A DNA stretch of 64,000 nucleotides from an uncultured Alphaproteobacteria bacterium (lineage in GTDB: Bacteria; Pseudomonadota; Alphaproteobacteria; Rhizobiales; Xanthobacteraceae). The DNA lies in NCBI GenBank assembly GCA_963771845.1, contig CAVYVC010000043.1, forward strand, positions 19,693 through 83,692, in the 5' to 3' direction. Shown here one piece after another: positions 54,496 through 63,337 of this stretch; position 1 is the first letter of the stretch, and each line of letters opens with the position of its first letter. The notes below the pieces were generated by a model. It searched no databases. It was not told the origin of the DNA and saw only the letters and a program-made list of their open reading frames with translations. A program made the translations under genes and the position numbers.

Positions 54496-54509
54496 TTGCA
54501 ATAGATCAA
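54496..54509. promoter_or_regulatory. FixK2-type box candidate upstream of hsp20
   Basis: TTGCAATAGATCAA fits TTG(A/C)-N6-(T/G)CAA. Its centre lies ~122 bp upstream of the hsp20 ATG. Confidence 0.35.
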
Positions 54510-54747
54510 ACAGAATAGTTACCGGATATCGCTGGTTCCACGTTCCCATACGAGACAACGATATTGAAATATGCAGGGAGAAAACGTTGATCGGATACTG
54601 TCCTTTCGTAGGGGTGAGCAGTTTTATACAGACGCCTGACAATCGCTTTGACTACTGTGATCTGCTTCAGCGTAGCGTCATTCATCATGGGACAGACAAG
54701 GCCTCGGCGCGCTCGAACCCAGGCGCCAACAACCCATTAGATTCAGC

Positions 54748-54791
54748 CAAGTGAGCAATTTTGCTCAAACTCCGGACGGACAAAGGCGCAA
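54748..54791 (+). repeat. 44-bp repeat, left copy (contains palindrome TGAGCAAttTTGCTCA)
   Basis: caagtgagcaattttgctcaaactccggacggacaaaggcgcaa matches the reverse complement of 59257-59300 at 41 of 44 positions. Confidence 0.7.
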
Positions 54792-54908
54792 ATCCATAGT
54801 AATCGAACGTCATCGCAAAGCGTTCGGTCTTCAATTCAACTCAGGCACCGGAACCCATCCCGGTGTGCGCGGCCCTGCTCCGAAATATGTCTCGCGAAAG
54901 GAAATACC

Positions 54909-55286
54909 ATGCAAGTACCTTCAATTCTGCAAGGAGAATCTCTGAAGCGTCTGCTTCAAGGCGCCGCCGCCGGTGCCGTCGCAACGATGTTTATCGGATT
55001 TTACTGGGGCGGGTGGTCGCTCGGCAGCACCGCTGACAAGATAGCAAAAGAGCGGTCGGAGCTGGCGGTCGTCGCGGCGCTGGCACCCGTGTGCGCCGAC
55101 AAGTTCCGCGCACTGCCTGACGCCGACGCGAAGAAAGTCGTGCTTTCGAAGGTCAACTCGTGGACGCGCCGGGACGAATTCCCGAAGGAGTTCGTGACGC
55201 TCCCGGGGGAATCGTACCCGAGTTCCGCTCTTGTGGACGCGTGTTACACGCTGTTGTTTGCGCCAAAGTCAGCCGCGCTCAATTGA
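54909..55286 (+). CDS. hypothetical membrane protein
   Basis: 125 aa with one TM helix (AAAGAVATMFIGFYWGGW). The GC3 pattern is acceptable for coding. Confidence 0.45.
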   Translation: MQVPSILQGESLKRLLQGAAAGAVATMFIGFYWGGWSLGSTADKIAKERSELAVVAALAPVCADKFRALPDADAKKVVLSKVNSWTRRDEFPKEFVTLPGESYPSSALVDACYTLLFAPKSAALN

Positions 55287-55631
55287 GATACGGGAGCGCC
55301 AATGCGCACTCATCGGTTCGGACGAAAAATCAAGCTTCCTGCGACAATCGCCATCAAACATCAGATCAGAATGCGGATGACTGAATATGAGATCAAGAAA
55401 GTAGAAGCGGAAGCAAGGGCTGAAGCATGTCGTCAAGCTCGTGGTGCCGAACCCAAGCGATAGCGCGTTGGAGTTTCGTACCTACGTGTGTGCCGACTGT
55501 GGCCATAGTCAAACGTACAGTGTAGACGGCGGTGATGGCTAAAGGGCGAGTCGATTCAAATTAACATTACAGGCGATTAAGTGTTGTGGAGGTGGCGGCG
55601 GGCAGATGGAGCGGACAAGCGAAGACTGCGC

Positions 55632-55892
55632 TCAGTTAGGCTTGGAGGCGCGGTCAAGAGGGCGCTTGTCCTCCAATGTGAACGGTACAACTGTTTGCGT
55701 GTCCCATGTGAGTGGCATAACGGGCGCGCGCCACGTCATCGAGGGTAATATTGAGTACGGGTAATCTTGGCTAATCTGCGGCTGGACCTCGAATAACGGA
55801 TTAACTCTTACTGTCACGTGTTGGGCCATTGCTGTCGAAGCAAAAATGAGCATCGATCCGGCTGCGAGAGCAAATTGCAAAGATTTCGGCAT
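55632..55892 (-). CDS. small secreted hypothetical protein
   Basis: 86 aa with signal peptide MPKSLQFALAAGSMLIFASTAMA. Confidence 0.4.
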   Translation of the reverse strand: MPKSLQFALAAGSMLIFASTAMAQHVTVRVNPLFEVQPQISQDYPYSILPSMTWRAPVMPLTWDTQTVVPFTLEDKRPLDRASKPN

Positions 55893-55971
55893 TCGTTTCT
55901 CCGGACAACAGGCGGGCGAGAGGGTTGGTTCCGCAATCGAAAAGTGCAGCAGCCCGAACTCGACTGAAAGC

Positions 55972-56091
55972 TTAGAAATGAAGACCGGGCAACAATGTCA
56001 TCGCGACAAAGATAAATGCCGCTGCCGCCAGGAAAAAATAGGCTGATTTGGTTACTATATCACCGAGAACATAACCCGTAGGCATGGTCAT
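55972..56091 (-). CDS. 39-aa hydrophobic peptide (candidate)
   Basis: AGGAGA RBS followed by ATG. MTMPTGYVLGDIVTKSAYFFLAAAAFIFVAMTLLPGLHF has one TM helix. Lies directly upstream of the 55632-55892 ORF on the same strand. Confidence 0.3.
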   Translation of the reverse strand: MTMPTGYVLGDIVTKSAYFFLAAAAFIFVAMTLLPGLHF

Positions 56092-56121
56092 TCTCCTACA
56101 ATCGCTGCAAGATCAATTTTC

Positions 56122-56439
56122 TTGTATATGGGGTTGCAAGGGGCAATTTACGATGGCCGGGAAATAAAGAAGTTTGAGCGACTGACGCGCGGCGATTTCG
56201 GTGATTGGCGTCCGGTAGTGGGTTCTATTCACATGGACGCCAGTAGCCTAACAGTTCGAGCCCAACGGCGCGGGGATAAATACGCTTGGGAGCGTCACCG
56301 CGATGGCCATTTTCAGCCCGTGAAGTTTTCCGTGCCTGTTTACTTATCAGAAGAAGCGGCCAGAGCCTCCGGAAACGAAGCACGTACGATTCATTTGGAA
56401 CGTCTGGCAGATAGACGGCCGAGAAGAAAGTATGCTTAA
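56122..56439 (+). CDS. hypothetical protein
   Basis: 105-aa ORF with no recognisable domain. Start uncertain. Confidence 0.3.
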   Translation: MYMGLQGAIYDGREIKKFERLTRGDFGDWRPVVGSIHMDASSLTVRAQRRGDKYAWERHRDGHFQPVKFSVPVYLSEEAARASGNEARTIHLERLADRRPRRKYA

Positions 56440-56719
56440 ATCCCATGCAGCCACAACCAAATGACCGGCTACGGCGAAAGCGGCGTCCGCGGCAGGACAG
56501 GTCGGGATGAACTGTCGTCGTGCTGACATCGACCATTTCTCGCCCGTTGTTCCCGCTTGGAAGACTTCATCAATGCTCGTCAGACATTTTTGCAACAACA
56601 CGTCGAGATCCAGGGTAGACCGGCGCCCGAGATCCAATGCATGCGTCTCTAAAAAGACTTGCGCGCGCGGCGAGGTTCAAAAAGCAAACTGATGTAACGG
56701 CCAAAATCAGGGTGACGCG

Positions 56720-57106
56720 ATGGGCAAGTCGACTGACCACGACGAAGAAGAAGGAGAGTTCATCGATGCGGAGGAATACCTCCAACATGCTCTTATGAAT
56801 GAAACGAAAGCCTATTTCGATCGTGGTCGGCGTTTTGAAAAGCTCGATGTCACCCAACTAAACGAAAAATGGGTTGTGGTTTTCAAGGTCTACCTTGCTG
56901 ATCACACCCGACAGCAAGGACTCGAAATGGATGACCTTGCAGCGGAATTGCGGCTACGCGGGCTCGATCCGCCCTTCGAAGCAGTGAAAGCGGAGATCTC
57001 CAGGTTGCAGGGCGCTCTCAAGCGGATAGGTCCACATGCTTCGTCACCCGACTTCGAGCAGAAAGTTAGCGAATTCCTGGTGCAGCGAAGCAAGCCAAAA
57101 CACTGA
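56720..57106 (+). CDS. hypothetical protein
   Basis: 128-aa ORF with an acidic N-terminus and helical composition. No recognisable domain. Confidence 0.4.
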   Translation: MGKSTDHDEEEGEFIDAEEYLQHALMNETKAYFDRGRRFEKLDVTQLNEKWVVVFKVYLADHTRQQGLEMDDLAAELRLRGLDPPFEAVKAEISRLQGALKRIGPHASSPDFEQKVSEFLVQRSKPKH

Positions 57107-57714
57107 GGTCAGTCGACTTAGGTTGCGATAACCCCTTGCGATACTGACGCGGCCGATTGTCTGTTGATGCCGAGTAGGTCCGGGGAATTTCACCCCGGCC
57201 TCTCACAGAGCACGCGTAGTAGCGGTCGGCCTGGTCACGAGTTGGTGCCGGAAAATGTTCTTGTTCGCCGGCAACCTAGTCTTCCTGCCGGACGGAATCA
57301 TGATTCCTTTTCGCGCAGATTTGTTTCATCGGACTACCTTCGCTCGAACTCCCAGAGGGGCGCATGAAGGACAGTCACGCCAGTCCGAGTCTGCCAACCC
57401 TAGAATTCGGCTTACTGTGCTCTACCGCGAAACGGAAACCGGCAAGCGCCTCATGGACCGCGCGCTGGCGATCAGCATCATCGTCGATGTCCCCATCACT
57501 GATCTTCGATGAAATCGAATCGTGGCGTGTGATATAGCTGGAGGCTCTGCGTGAGAGTTGATCCGCTTTTTCAACAACATCATTGTTGTATTCGAGCAGG
57601 CACAAAATGTTCTCAATTCCACATTGCACATTGTGGAAGTGATGAATGCTCATAGAGCTGGTCCCGGTTGTCTGAACAGATTTTCCGCGTCGATAAGTGG
57701 AGCCTCTGCCGGGG

Positions 57715-58542
57715 TTAGGCTGCCAAGCGGAGTGGCAGCGGGATGAAGTAGGCTTGATCGGGCGTGCTGCCGTCAAGGCTCGAGTGTGGACGCCGGCCAT
57801 TATAAAAGTCCAAGTAGCGGCCGATCGAAGCGCGGGCCTCGGATACGCTTTCGTAGGCCCGCAGATACACCTCCTCGTATTTGACGCTGCGCCACAGGCG
57901 CTCGACGAACACATTGTCCCGCCAAGCGCCTTTACCGTCCATGCTGATCGCAATGCCGTTGGTGGCGAGCACGCCGGTGAAGGCCGAGCCAGTGAACTGC
58001 GAACCCTGGTCGGTATTGAAGATACCCGGCTTGCCGTGACGAGCCAAAGCATCCTCCAGCGTCTCGACGCAGAACGCCGCCTCCATGGTGATCGATACGC
58101 CCCACGACAGCACGCGACGGCTGAACCAGTCGAGCACAACGGCCAGATAGACAAAGCCGCGTGCCATCGGGATGTACGTGATGTCCATCGCCCACACCTG
58201 GTTCGGCCGGACAATCTCCATCCCACGCAGCAGATACGGGTAGATTTTGTGGCCCGGCTCCGGCTTCGTGGTGCGGGGACGGCGATAGAGCGCCTCTATC
58301 CCCATCCGCCGCATCAGCGTCTTCACGTGACGACGTCCGATCTTGCACCCCTCGGCCGCCAGCAGGCCTCGCAACATCCGCGAGCCGGCGAAAGGGAACT
58401 CCAGGTGCAGTCGGTCGAGACGCCGCATGATCGCAAGGTCGGCTTCCGGAACCGGCCGCGGCAGGTAGTAGACGCTGCCACGGCTGATACGCAGAACCTC
58501 CGCCTGCTTCGTGATCGGAAGATCGTGTTCGCGGTCGATCAT
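57715..58542 (-). CDS. IS3-family transposase OrfB (DDE integrase core)
   Basis: 275 aa with [17 protein letters not shown] and RPHSSL motifs of DDE/rve transposases. Probably expressed as an OrfAB fusion. Confidence 0.85.
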   Translation of the reverse strand: MIDREHDLPITKQAEVLRISRGSVYYLPRPVPEADLAIMRRLDRLHLEFPFAGSRMLRGLLAAEGCKIGRRHVKTLMRRMGIEALYRRPRTTKPEPGHKIYPYLLRGMEIVRPNQVWAMDITYIPMARGFVYLAVVLDWFSRRVLSWGVSITMEAAFCVETLEDALARHGKPGIFNTDQGSQFTGSAFTGVLATNGIAISMDGKGAWRDNVFVERLWRSVKYEEVYLRAYESVSEARASIGRYLDFYNGRRPHSSLDGSTPDQAYFIPLPLRLAA

Positions 58543-58850
58543 CGCCTTGCGCTCAGCAAACCCGCCTTGGTGAGCGCCCCCTCTAAAAAATCGTTCTCCA
58601 ACGTCAGTTCGCCGATCTTTGCGTGCAGTGACTTCACGTCAATGGCCGGCTGCGTCGCTCCATTATGGCCGCCGGGGCCAAATACATCGGCAGCCCCGCC
58701 CTCGAGCTGCGCTTTCCATGATGTGATCTGATTGGGGTGGACGTCGAACTGCTCCGCCAGCTGAGCCAGTGTGCGATCGCCTTTGATGGCTGCAAGCGCC
58801 ACCTTCGCCTTGAAGGCCGGTGTGTGGTTCCGGCGGGGTCGTCTGCTCAT
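58539..58850 (-). CDS. IS3-family transposase OrfA (HTH)
   Basis: MSRRPRRNHTPAFKAKVALAAIKGDRTLAQLAEQFDVHPNQITSWK. A TTTTTTA slippery heptamer lies near 58588-58594, before the orfB overlap. Confidence 0.85.
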   Translation of the reverse strand: MSRRPRRNHTPAFKAKVALAAIKGDRTLAQLAEQFDVHPNQITSWKAQLEGGAADVFGPGGHNGATQPAIDVKSLHAKIGELTLENDFLEGALTKAGLLSARR

Positions 58851-59256
58851 GGTCTCTCCTGATTCGGCAGGCACAGCGTGCCCGCTGTCAGGCAGAAACT
58901 CCACTTATCGCCCTGTGCAGATTTCTCGGACCAGCTCTCATTACCCCGCGAGCTGTCTCCTCAAGCTGAGCCCTGATGAGATTTAAAAAACTCGTGATAT
59001 GTGCGGACAGCATAGCAACTCTCCGATCACTGCTGACGGCTCGATCGCACTCCAGGCTTTGCTCGTTAGCCAATCGATTTATACATTGAACACGTCGATA
59101 AGAGACCGGCAAGCAAGATGAAAGCCCCAGCGACAGGTACGTGGCGGGGGCCTCATTTATTCCTACGCGAGTCGGGGGACGAGCGCGCGACATCAATCAA
59201 GAGCTAAACATGAAATTGCGAGAAGCAAGACAGCACCAATGACGTACTTGTTGTCA

Positions 59257-59300
59257 TTACGCTTTTGTCCGTCCGGAGTCTGAGCAAAATTGCTCACTTG
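59257..59300 (-). repeat. 44-bp repeat, right copy (inverted)
   Basis: The reverse complement caagtgagcaattttgctcagactccggacggacaaaagcgtaa matches 54748-54791. Confidence 0.7.
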
Positions 59301-59355
59301 CTAGGTCAATGGCTGGTGGCTGCATCCCTTTAACGTGTCGTTCAAGGACAGCAAA

Positions 59356-59385
59356 AAAACCCGGCGCGGGGCACCGGGTCCTTTG
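59356..59385 (-). terminator. rho-independent terminator (minus strand)
   Basis: The minus strand reads cccggtg-ccccg-cgccggg followed by TTTTTTT. Confidence 0.5.
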
Positions 59386-59580
59386 CTCCGACCAAGGGAT
59401 AGCGCCGAATCGCGCATTTGCTCGATCACGCATTTAGCCTCGGTCGCCGATTGCGGAATTACGGCGAACGCAATGAAGTTTGTCGGACACTTTCCCCCTT
59501 CCAGGAACTCGGATGCGGTAACCTGTTCTTCACAACAGCGGAATAGTCGGTGCGGTCAAAATACGATTTGCCCATAGCCA

Positions 59581-59850
59581 TCACGCCCGAGCGAGGAAAG
59601 AAAGGATGAATGTGCCTTTGGCAAGATTCTGAAGTTTTACATCGAGCTCGATTGCTCTTGCCATGAACACATTGCCTAGGGCGTTAAGCCTGACTCGCCC
59701 ATTAGAATCGGTTCGGGAGCGCTGAAAATACCGTTCTGCCTTTTCGAACAAATGGTCCGCAGTAGATTTGTTTGGGATGAATACCATGAGCTCATGCCTG
59801 AGGTTTTGAGTGTCCTGCGATGAATGACACGACGCCAACACAGATCGCAC
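59581..59850 (-). CDS. hypothetical small protein (start uncertain)
   Basis: 89-aa ORF, or 68 aa from MVFIPNK. Its TGA overlaps the ATG of a 40-aa downstream ORF (59459-59581). Confidence 0.35.
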   Translation of the reverse strand: MRSVLASCHSSQDTQNLRHELMVFIPNKSTADHLFEKAERYFQRSRTDSNGRVRLNALGNVFMARAIELDVKLQNLAKGTFILSFLARA

Positions 59851-60299
59851 TTGCTAACGCGACCGTGCATAAAGGGACCAACGTTTGGAGATAAGGCCAC
59901 ATCTTGCAGCCATTCTAAGTTAGCCCCAGAAGAAATATGGGCTTATCCGTTCCCCGCGTCTGTATAAAATAGCTCACCCTACGAAAAAACGGCATCTGAG
60001 CTATGACGGCTCCGATCAATATCGTTAGTCTGGCGGGCAACGTCCCCGCGCTATCCTTGGATGTCCCCGGCATCGCGCATCAGCCAAAGGCCAATAGCCA
60101 AAGGCCGCCCGGGAGCTATGCCGAGCGGCCCTTGGGACAAATTGCCGGAGCACTCCGGTTCCATTCATCACTTGAGGGAATAACGGATAAGGTCGCGTTT
60201 TGTTCCGAGAACTGCAGTGAGCAGTTTTATACAGACGCAGGGATATAAACGGCGCAGGCTAACTTGGAGGGTGCAATCCGAATCACGCGGGGCTTTCCC

Positions 60300-60443
60300 T
60301 TGGAACGGTTCTTCAGTCAGCTGAACATTCAACGTTACCGGAAGCTGCCCGATAAATCCACCGACGAACCGGAGCGTCGGCTGATATTCAAGTTGTTGGC
60401 CGAGGAACAGGATAAATTCAGACATGCACGCGAAGACTTGTAA
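60300..60443 (+). CDS. 47-aa small protein (NIxRYRKL...LLAEE family-like)
   Basis: ERFFSQLNIQRYRKLPDKSTDEPERRLIFKLLAEEQDKF resembles a small-protein family I recall from Bradyrhizobium. A TTG start is assumed. It lies on the strand opposite the 119-aa track ORF. Confidence 0.4.
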   Translation: MERFFSQLNIQRYRKLPDKSTDEPERRLIFKLLAEEQDKFRHAREDL

Positions 60444-60870
60444 CTTACCTTCGACGCCATGCAAAAAGTGATGTCGAATAAGGCTGACATTTTTCGTTAC
60501 CGCTCCGCTCCCGCTGAACAACCCCACTCGGATCTCCTCATCTGTTTATGTTCGCTGCATCGGATGCAACACCCGCACGGGCATATCACGTTGGAATGTA
60601 TCATTGATATGAGGAATTCACCGAGCAGCGCCCATCAGTCGCACAGGAGCGATGGCTCGGTTCGTGGCATGTCGCCTGAGATCAGGGGCAGAAAGTCTCA
60701 CAGCACTCGTCCGCAGTTCATTTGGAAGCAGCCATAGTCGAGACGAGGCGGCACTCACACTTTGTGCCAGGAGGAGACATCGACGGCAAAACAAGCCTGC
60801 CGGCCGGTGTGGGCCAATTTATTCCGCCTTGACGTTCGGCGGGCTCACCCGAGCCCCTCCGTAGTGAGGA

Positions 60871-61158
60871 TCATCGCTTTGGACGCACGCTCATACTCGA
60901 AAGCTGGCGCAGGTCTTTCGCAGTTAGCTTCCAATTTTGACTTTGAGATGCGAGTTCAACAAACATCCGATGTAGGGCACTTCGTGCTGCTCGAATCATT
61001 TCGGTATCATCGAAGTCCTTGATGCTCAGATGCATCGTGACCCGAAAATTGATGGGCGCCCGGTCAATCTTAAACGTGATACAAACTTGTCCATCCTGCT
61101 TGCCTCGCCGGGCTGCCTCGATGCGTGCTACTTTGATCTTAAATTTGCTCATTGCCAC
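60871..61158 (-). CDS. hypothetical protein
   Basis: 95-aa ORF with no recognisable domain. Confidence 0.4.
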   Translation of the reverse strand: MAMSKFKIKVARIEAARRGKQDGQVCITFKIDRAPINFRVTMHLSIKDFDDTEMIRAARSALHRMFVELASQSQNWKLTAKDLRQLSSMSVRPKR

Positions 61159-61200
61159 ACTCGGATTATGGCCGCACGGAAGTGGTGGTCTTACTCGCTC

Positions 61201-61284
61201 ACCTCGTCGGCGCGGGCAAGCACTGTCACCGGGACCGTCAGCCCAAGCGCCTTGGCGGTGGTGAGATTGATGGCTGTTTATGGG
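61201..61284 (-). pseudogene. 27-codon C-terminal remnant of a PF04392-like substrate-binding protein gene
   Basis: The minus strand translates to AINLTTAKALGLTVPVTVLARADEVSE*. Compare ...GLTVPPTLLARADEVIE* at 52117. Confidence 0.6.
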
Positions 61285-61300
61285 CCCCGCCGTAAAAAGA

Positions 61301-61516
61301 TTAGCGGCGACCCGCTTTCACCGCTTCCTTCGTGTTCGTGTATTGCTTGTTCTCGGCTTCTCTTGCCAATCGGAGGGCTCGAAGTCGTGCGGTATTGGTG
61401 CGAACGGCAAGCTTTTCAGCCTCGTACTCTTGCATAGCCAGTACCGCATCACGCGCGCGTTCCTCCTTCGCGGTCATTGCCGCCCGTTGTTGGGCAGTCT
61501 TCAACATTGTCGCCAT
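61301..61516 (-). CDS. small helical hypothetical protein
   Basis: 71 aa, MATMLKTAQQRAAMTAKEE...TARLRALRLAREA, with coiled-coil-like composition. Confidence 0.5.
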   Translation of the reverse strand: MATMLKTAQQRAAMTAKEERARDAVLAMQEYEAEKLAVRTNTARLRALRLAREAENKQYTNTKEAVKAGRR

Positions 61517-61701
61517 GGAGAATTCCTCAGTTTACGGATGCGTCAGTGCGGTCTTGCGCGCGTCGGCCGACACAATTCATTCCCTTCCAATGAAATTGCG
61601 TGGCAAAAACCCCCGACTGGCGAACCAGACGCGGGGACCGTAACCCACAAGCTTTGCCAGTACATCCGTGGTCAAAGCGGTATGGCCATCGGTGCTGTCA
61701 G

Positions 61702-61911
61702 TTAGACGGTGCGCAGATTCTCAGCGGCAGACTTGCCGTTCCGGCGGTCTGCGACGACGTCGAAAGAGACCTTCTGCCCCTCATTGAGGCCACTCATGCC
61801 GGAGCGTTCGACCGCGCTGATATGAACGAAGACGTCTTTGCCACCGCTCTCCAGCTCGATGAAGCCGAAGCCTTTTTGGCTGTTAAACCACTTTACAGTT
61901 CCCTTGTTCAT
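61702..61911 (-). CDS. cspA: cold-shock protein (CspA family)
   Basis: [15 protein letters not shown] and VFVHISA RNP motifs. 69 aa. Confidence 0.95.
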   Translation of the reverse strand: MNKGTVKWFNSQKGFGFIELESGGKDVFVHISAVERSGMSGLNEGQKVSFDVVADRRNGKSAAENLRTV

Positions 61912-62309
61912 GGGAGTTATTCCTTTAGGTACGTGTGTAATGAAGCCGCGCCGTAACGCAGCCAGTTAGTTCGAGATTTGGGGGAGAAGGTCGTCAGTCA
62001 AGCGCGCTATTCGCGGCGAGGCCAAGTCGTTCGGCCGAAGCTCGATGTTACTAAATAATCATCACACCCTGATTCTGGCAAGGTCAACGCACACGCCAGC
62101 CAATCACGGTTGCTTCGATGCGGCTGCCCGTATCCACGCTTTGCCAAACCCCGCTACTCAATCGACATAGGAATGGAATTACATAAGTGCCGATATGATC
62201 CTCGCAAAGGAGCTCAAGTGGCTGGTCGGCCGGTGGATCGCCTCCATGAATGAAAGCGCTGATGCGCTGCTGCCACGTGCCATTGCCGTGCCGATTACCA
62301 GCGCCGTCA

Positions 62310-62582
62310 TCAATTCGATGCTGAAGCGGACCGCAGCAATCGCATCGCTTCGTCGGCCTTTTTGGCGCCGGATCGATATATGCTTTTCACGGCTAGGGTA
62401 GGACTACCTGACTTCTCGGCGATCAGCCGATCCTGTTCTTCAATCACGGCGCGCGCGGGGGCGTCACCGTCAGGGCCACCGAGGACTCCACTTGGTACTC
62501 TGCGATTGGAGCGTTGAGAGCCGTCTTCGTAGACCACGTCGAATAGGGTGAATTCAGCTCGCGTTGCCGGTTTTCGAGCCAT
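62310..62582 (-). CDS. conserved hypothetical protein
   Basis: GGAGA RBS followed by ATG. MARKPATRAEFTLFDVVYEDGSQRSNRRVP... 90 aa after trimming the long ORF. Confidence 0.55.
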   Translation of the reverse strand: MARKPATRAEFTLFDVVYEDGSQRSNRRVPSGVLGGPDGDAPARAVIEEQDRLIAEKSGSPTLAVKSIYRSGAKKADEAMRLLRSASASN

Positions 62583-63337
62583 TGTCCGTCTCCTGTTTTT
62601 GTTCAACGATCGATAAGCCGCACATCGAGAGCAGCGCAGCCTTGCGTCCGAATTCAGCGGTGTCTTGCAAAGCCCTAGCGCGCCAATAACAAGGACACGT
62701 ACGAAACCTCGAACATATACATATGTAGGAGTGTTAAGTACGAAATCAATCAACCGCATTATGAGGATGCAATGGTATTCAAGCCAAATTGGAAGAGGGC
62801 GGCACGCGCACACGCTGGAACAGCCGCTTTGAGCGGCTCACATTCTAAGTGGAGAAGGTAATCCTGGCGCAGCAAACATCAGGCTGCAGTGACCATGATC
62901 GGACAAGAATGCTGATCAATCATCAGTTCGGACCATCCAAAGAGAATTTCGTTTCGTTGGGCGCACAGCCACTTCACCTCAAACTGCGGACTTGCCAAAT
63001 GCTGATGCCGGCACGGCCGAAGGTTCAGCTCGTCAATCCGAAATCGGCAAGGCTATTTGGGGTCACCGAAGATAGGCCGGCTGCATAGTTTGGTCGTTTT
63101 CCCTCGACTCTTGCGGATAATAGGCGCATGACTGTACGCGATCGAGCCGCTGTCGCAAAGCGACCCGGCCAATTTTCAAACTCCTGCCTTTCAGACTGCT
63201 AGGCACCCGAGCCAGGGTGAACCTGTTTTGCTGGCCCGTTGTCGGGCGAAAGGAACCATCATCCCAGACCGCGGGGACCCTGGCGTGCTATCGTTTCAAA
63301 TATTGAAAATATGGGCTTTAGCGCGCGAGGAGTTGGC

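Larger units (their letters stand above)
57653..58940 (-). mobile_element. IS3-family insertion sequence (~1.29 kb)
   Basis: orfA and orfB are in -1 arrangement. Imperfect terminal inverted repeats share (A)GAGCTGGTCC...GATAAGTGGAG..TCTGCC. CTCAT is present at both junctions (57649-57653 and 58937-58941). Confidence 0.85.
57375..59196 (-). pseudogene. hypothetical ORF split by the IS3-family insertion
   Basis: The N-terminal piece (...MLSAHITSFLNLIRAQLEETARGVM) ends at the IS boundary. The C-terminal piece (MSIHHFHNVQCGIENILCLLEYNND...) starts at the other boundary. Deleting 1288 bp between the two CTCAT pentamers joins them in frame. Confidence 0.45.

Noticed and set aside
54398-54754. 118-aa ORF between hsp20 and the 44-bp repeat
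   Set aside because: It spans the hsp20 leader, the FixK-like box and a motif copy. It is AT-rich with poor coding character, so it is more likely regulatory DNA.
55405-55542. Zinc-ribbon-like tail ...LEFRTYVCADCGHSQTYSVDGGDG*
   Set aside because: The frame has no ATG, and only an internal GTG that would give ~31 aa. It may be a remnant, or it may be frameshifted relative to the 53-codon ORF at 55302-55463. Evidence is insufficient to call a gene.
57375-58226. 283-aa ORF crossing the IS boundary
   Set aside because: It is a chimera. Its upstream two-thirds is an alternative frame of the transposase orfB. Only the part below 57653 is treated as a possible host ORF fragment.
60003-60248. 81-aa plus-strand ORF, and the 119-aa minus-strand ORF at 60168-60527
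   Set aside because: Neither has a recognisable domain. The 3' end of the first ORF is the 22-bp repeated motif. The second is antisense to the better-supported 47-aa ORF at 60300-60443.
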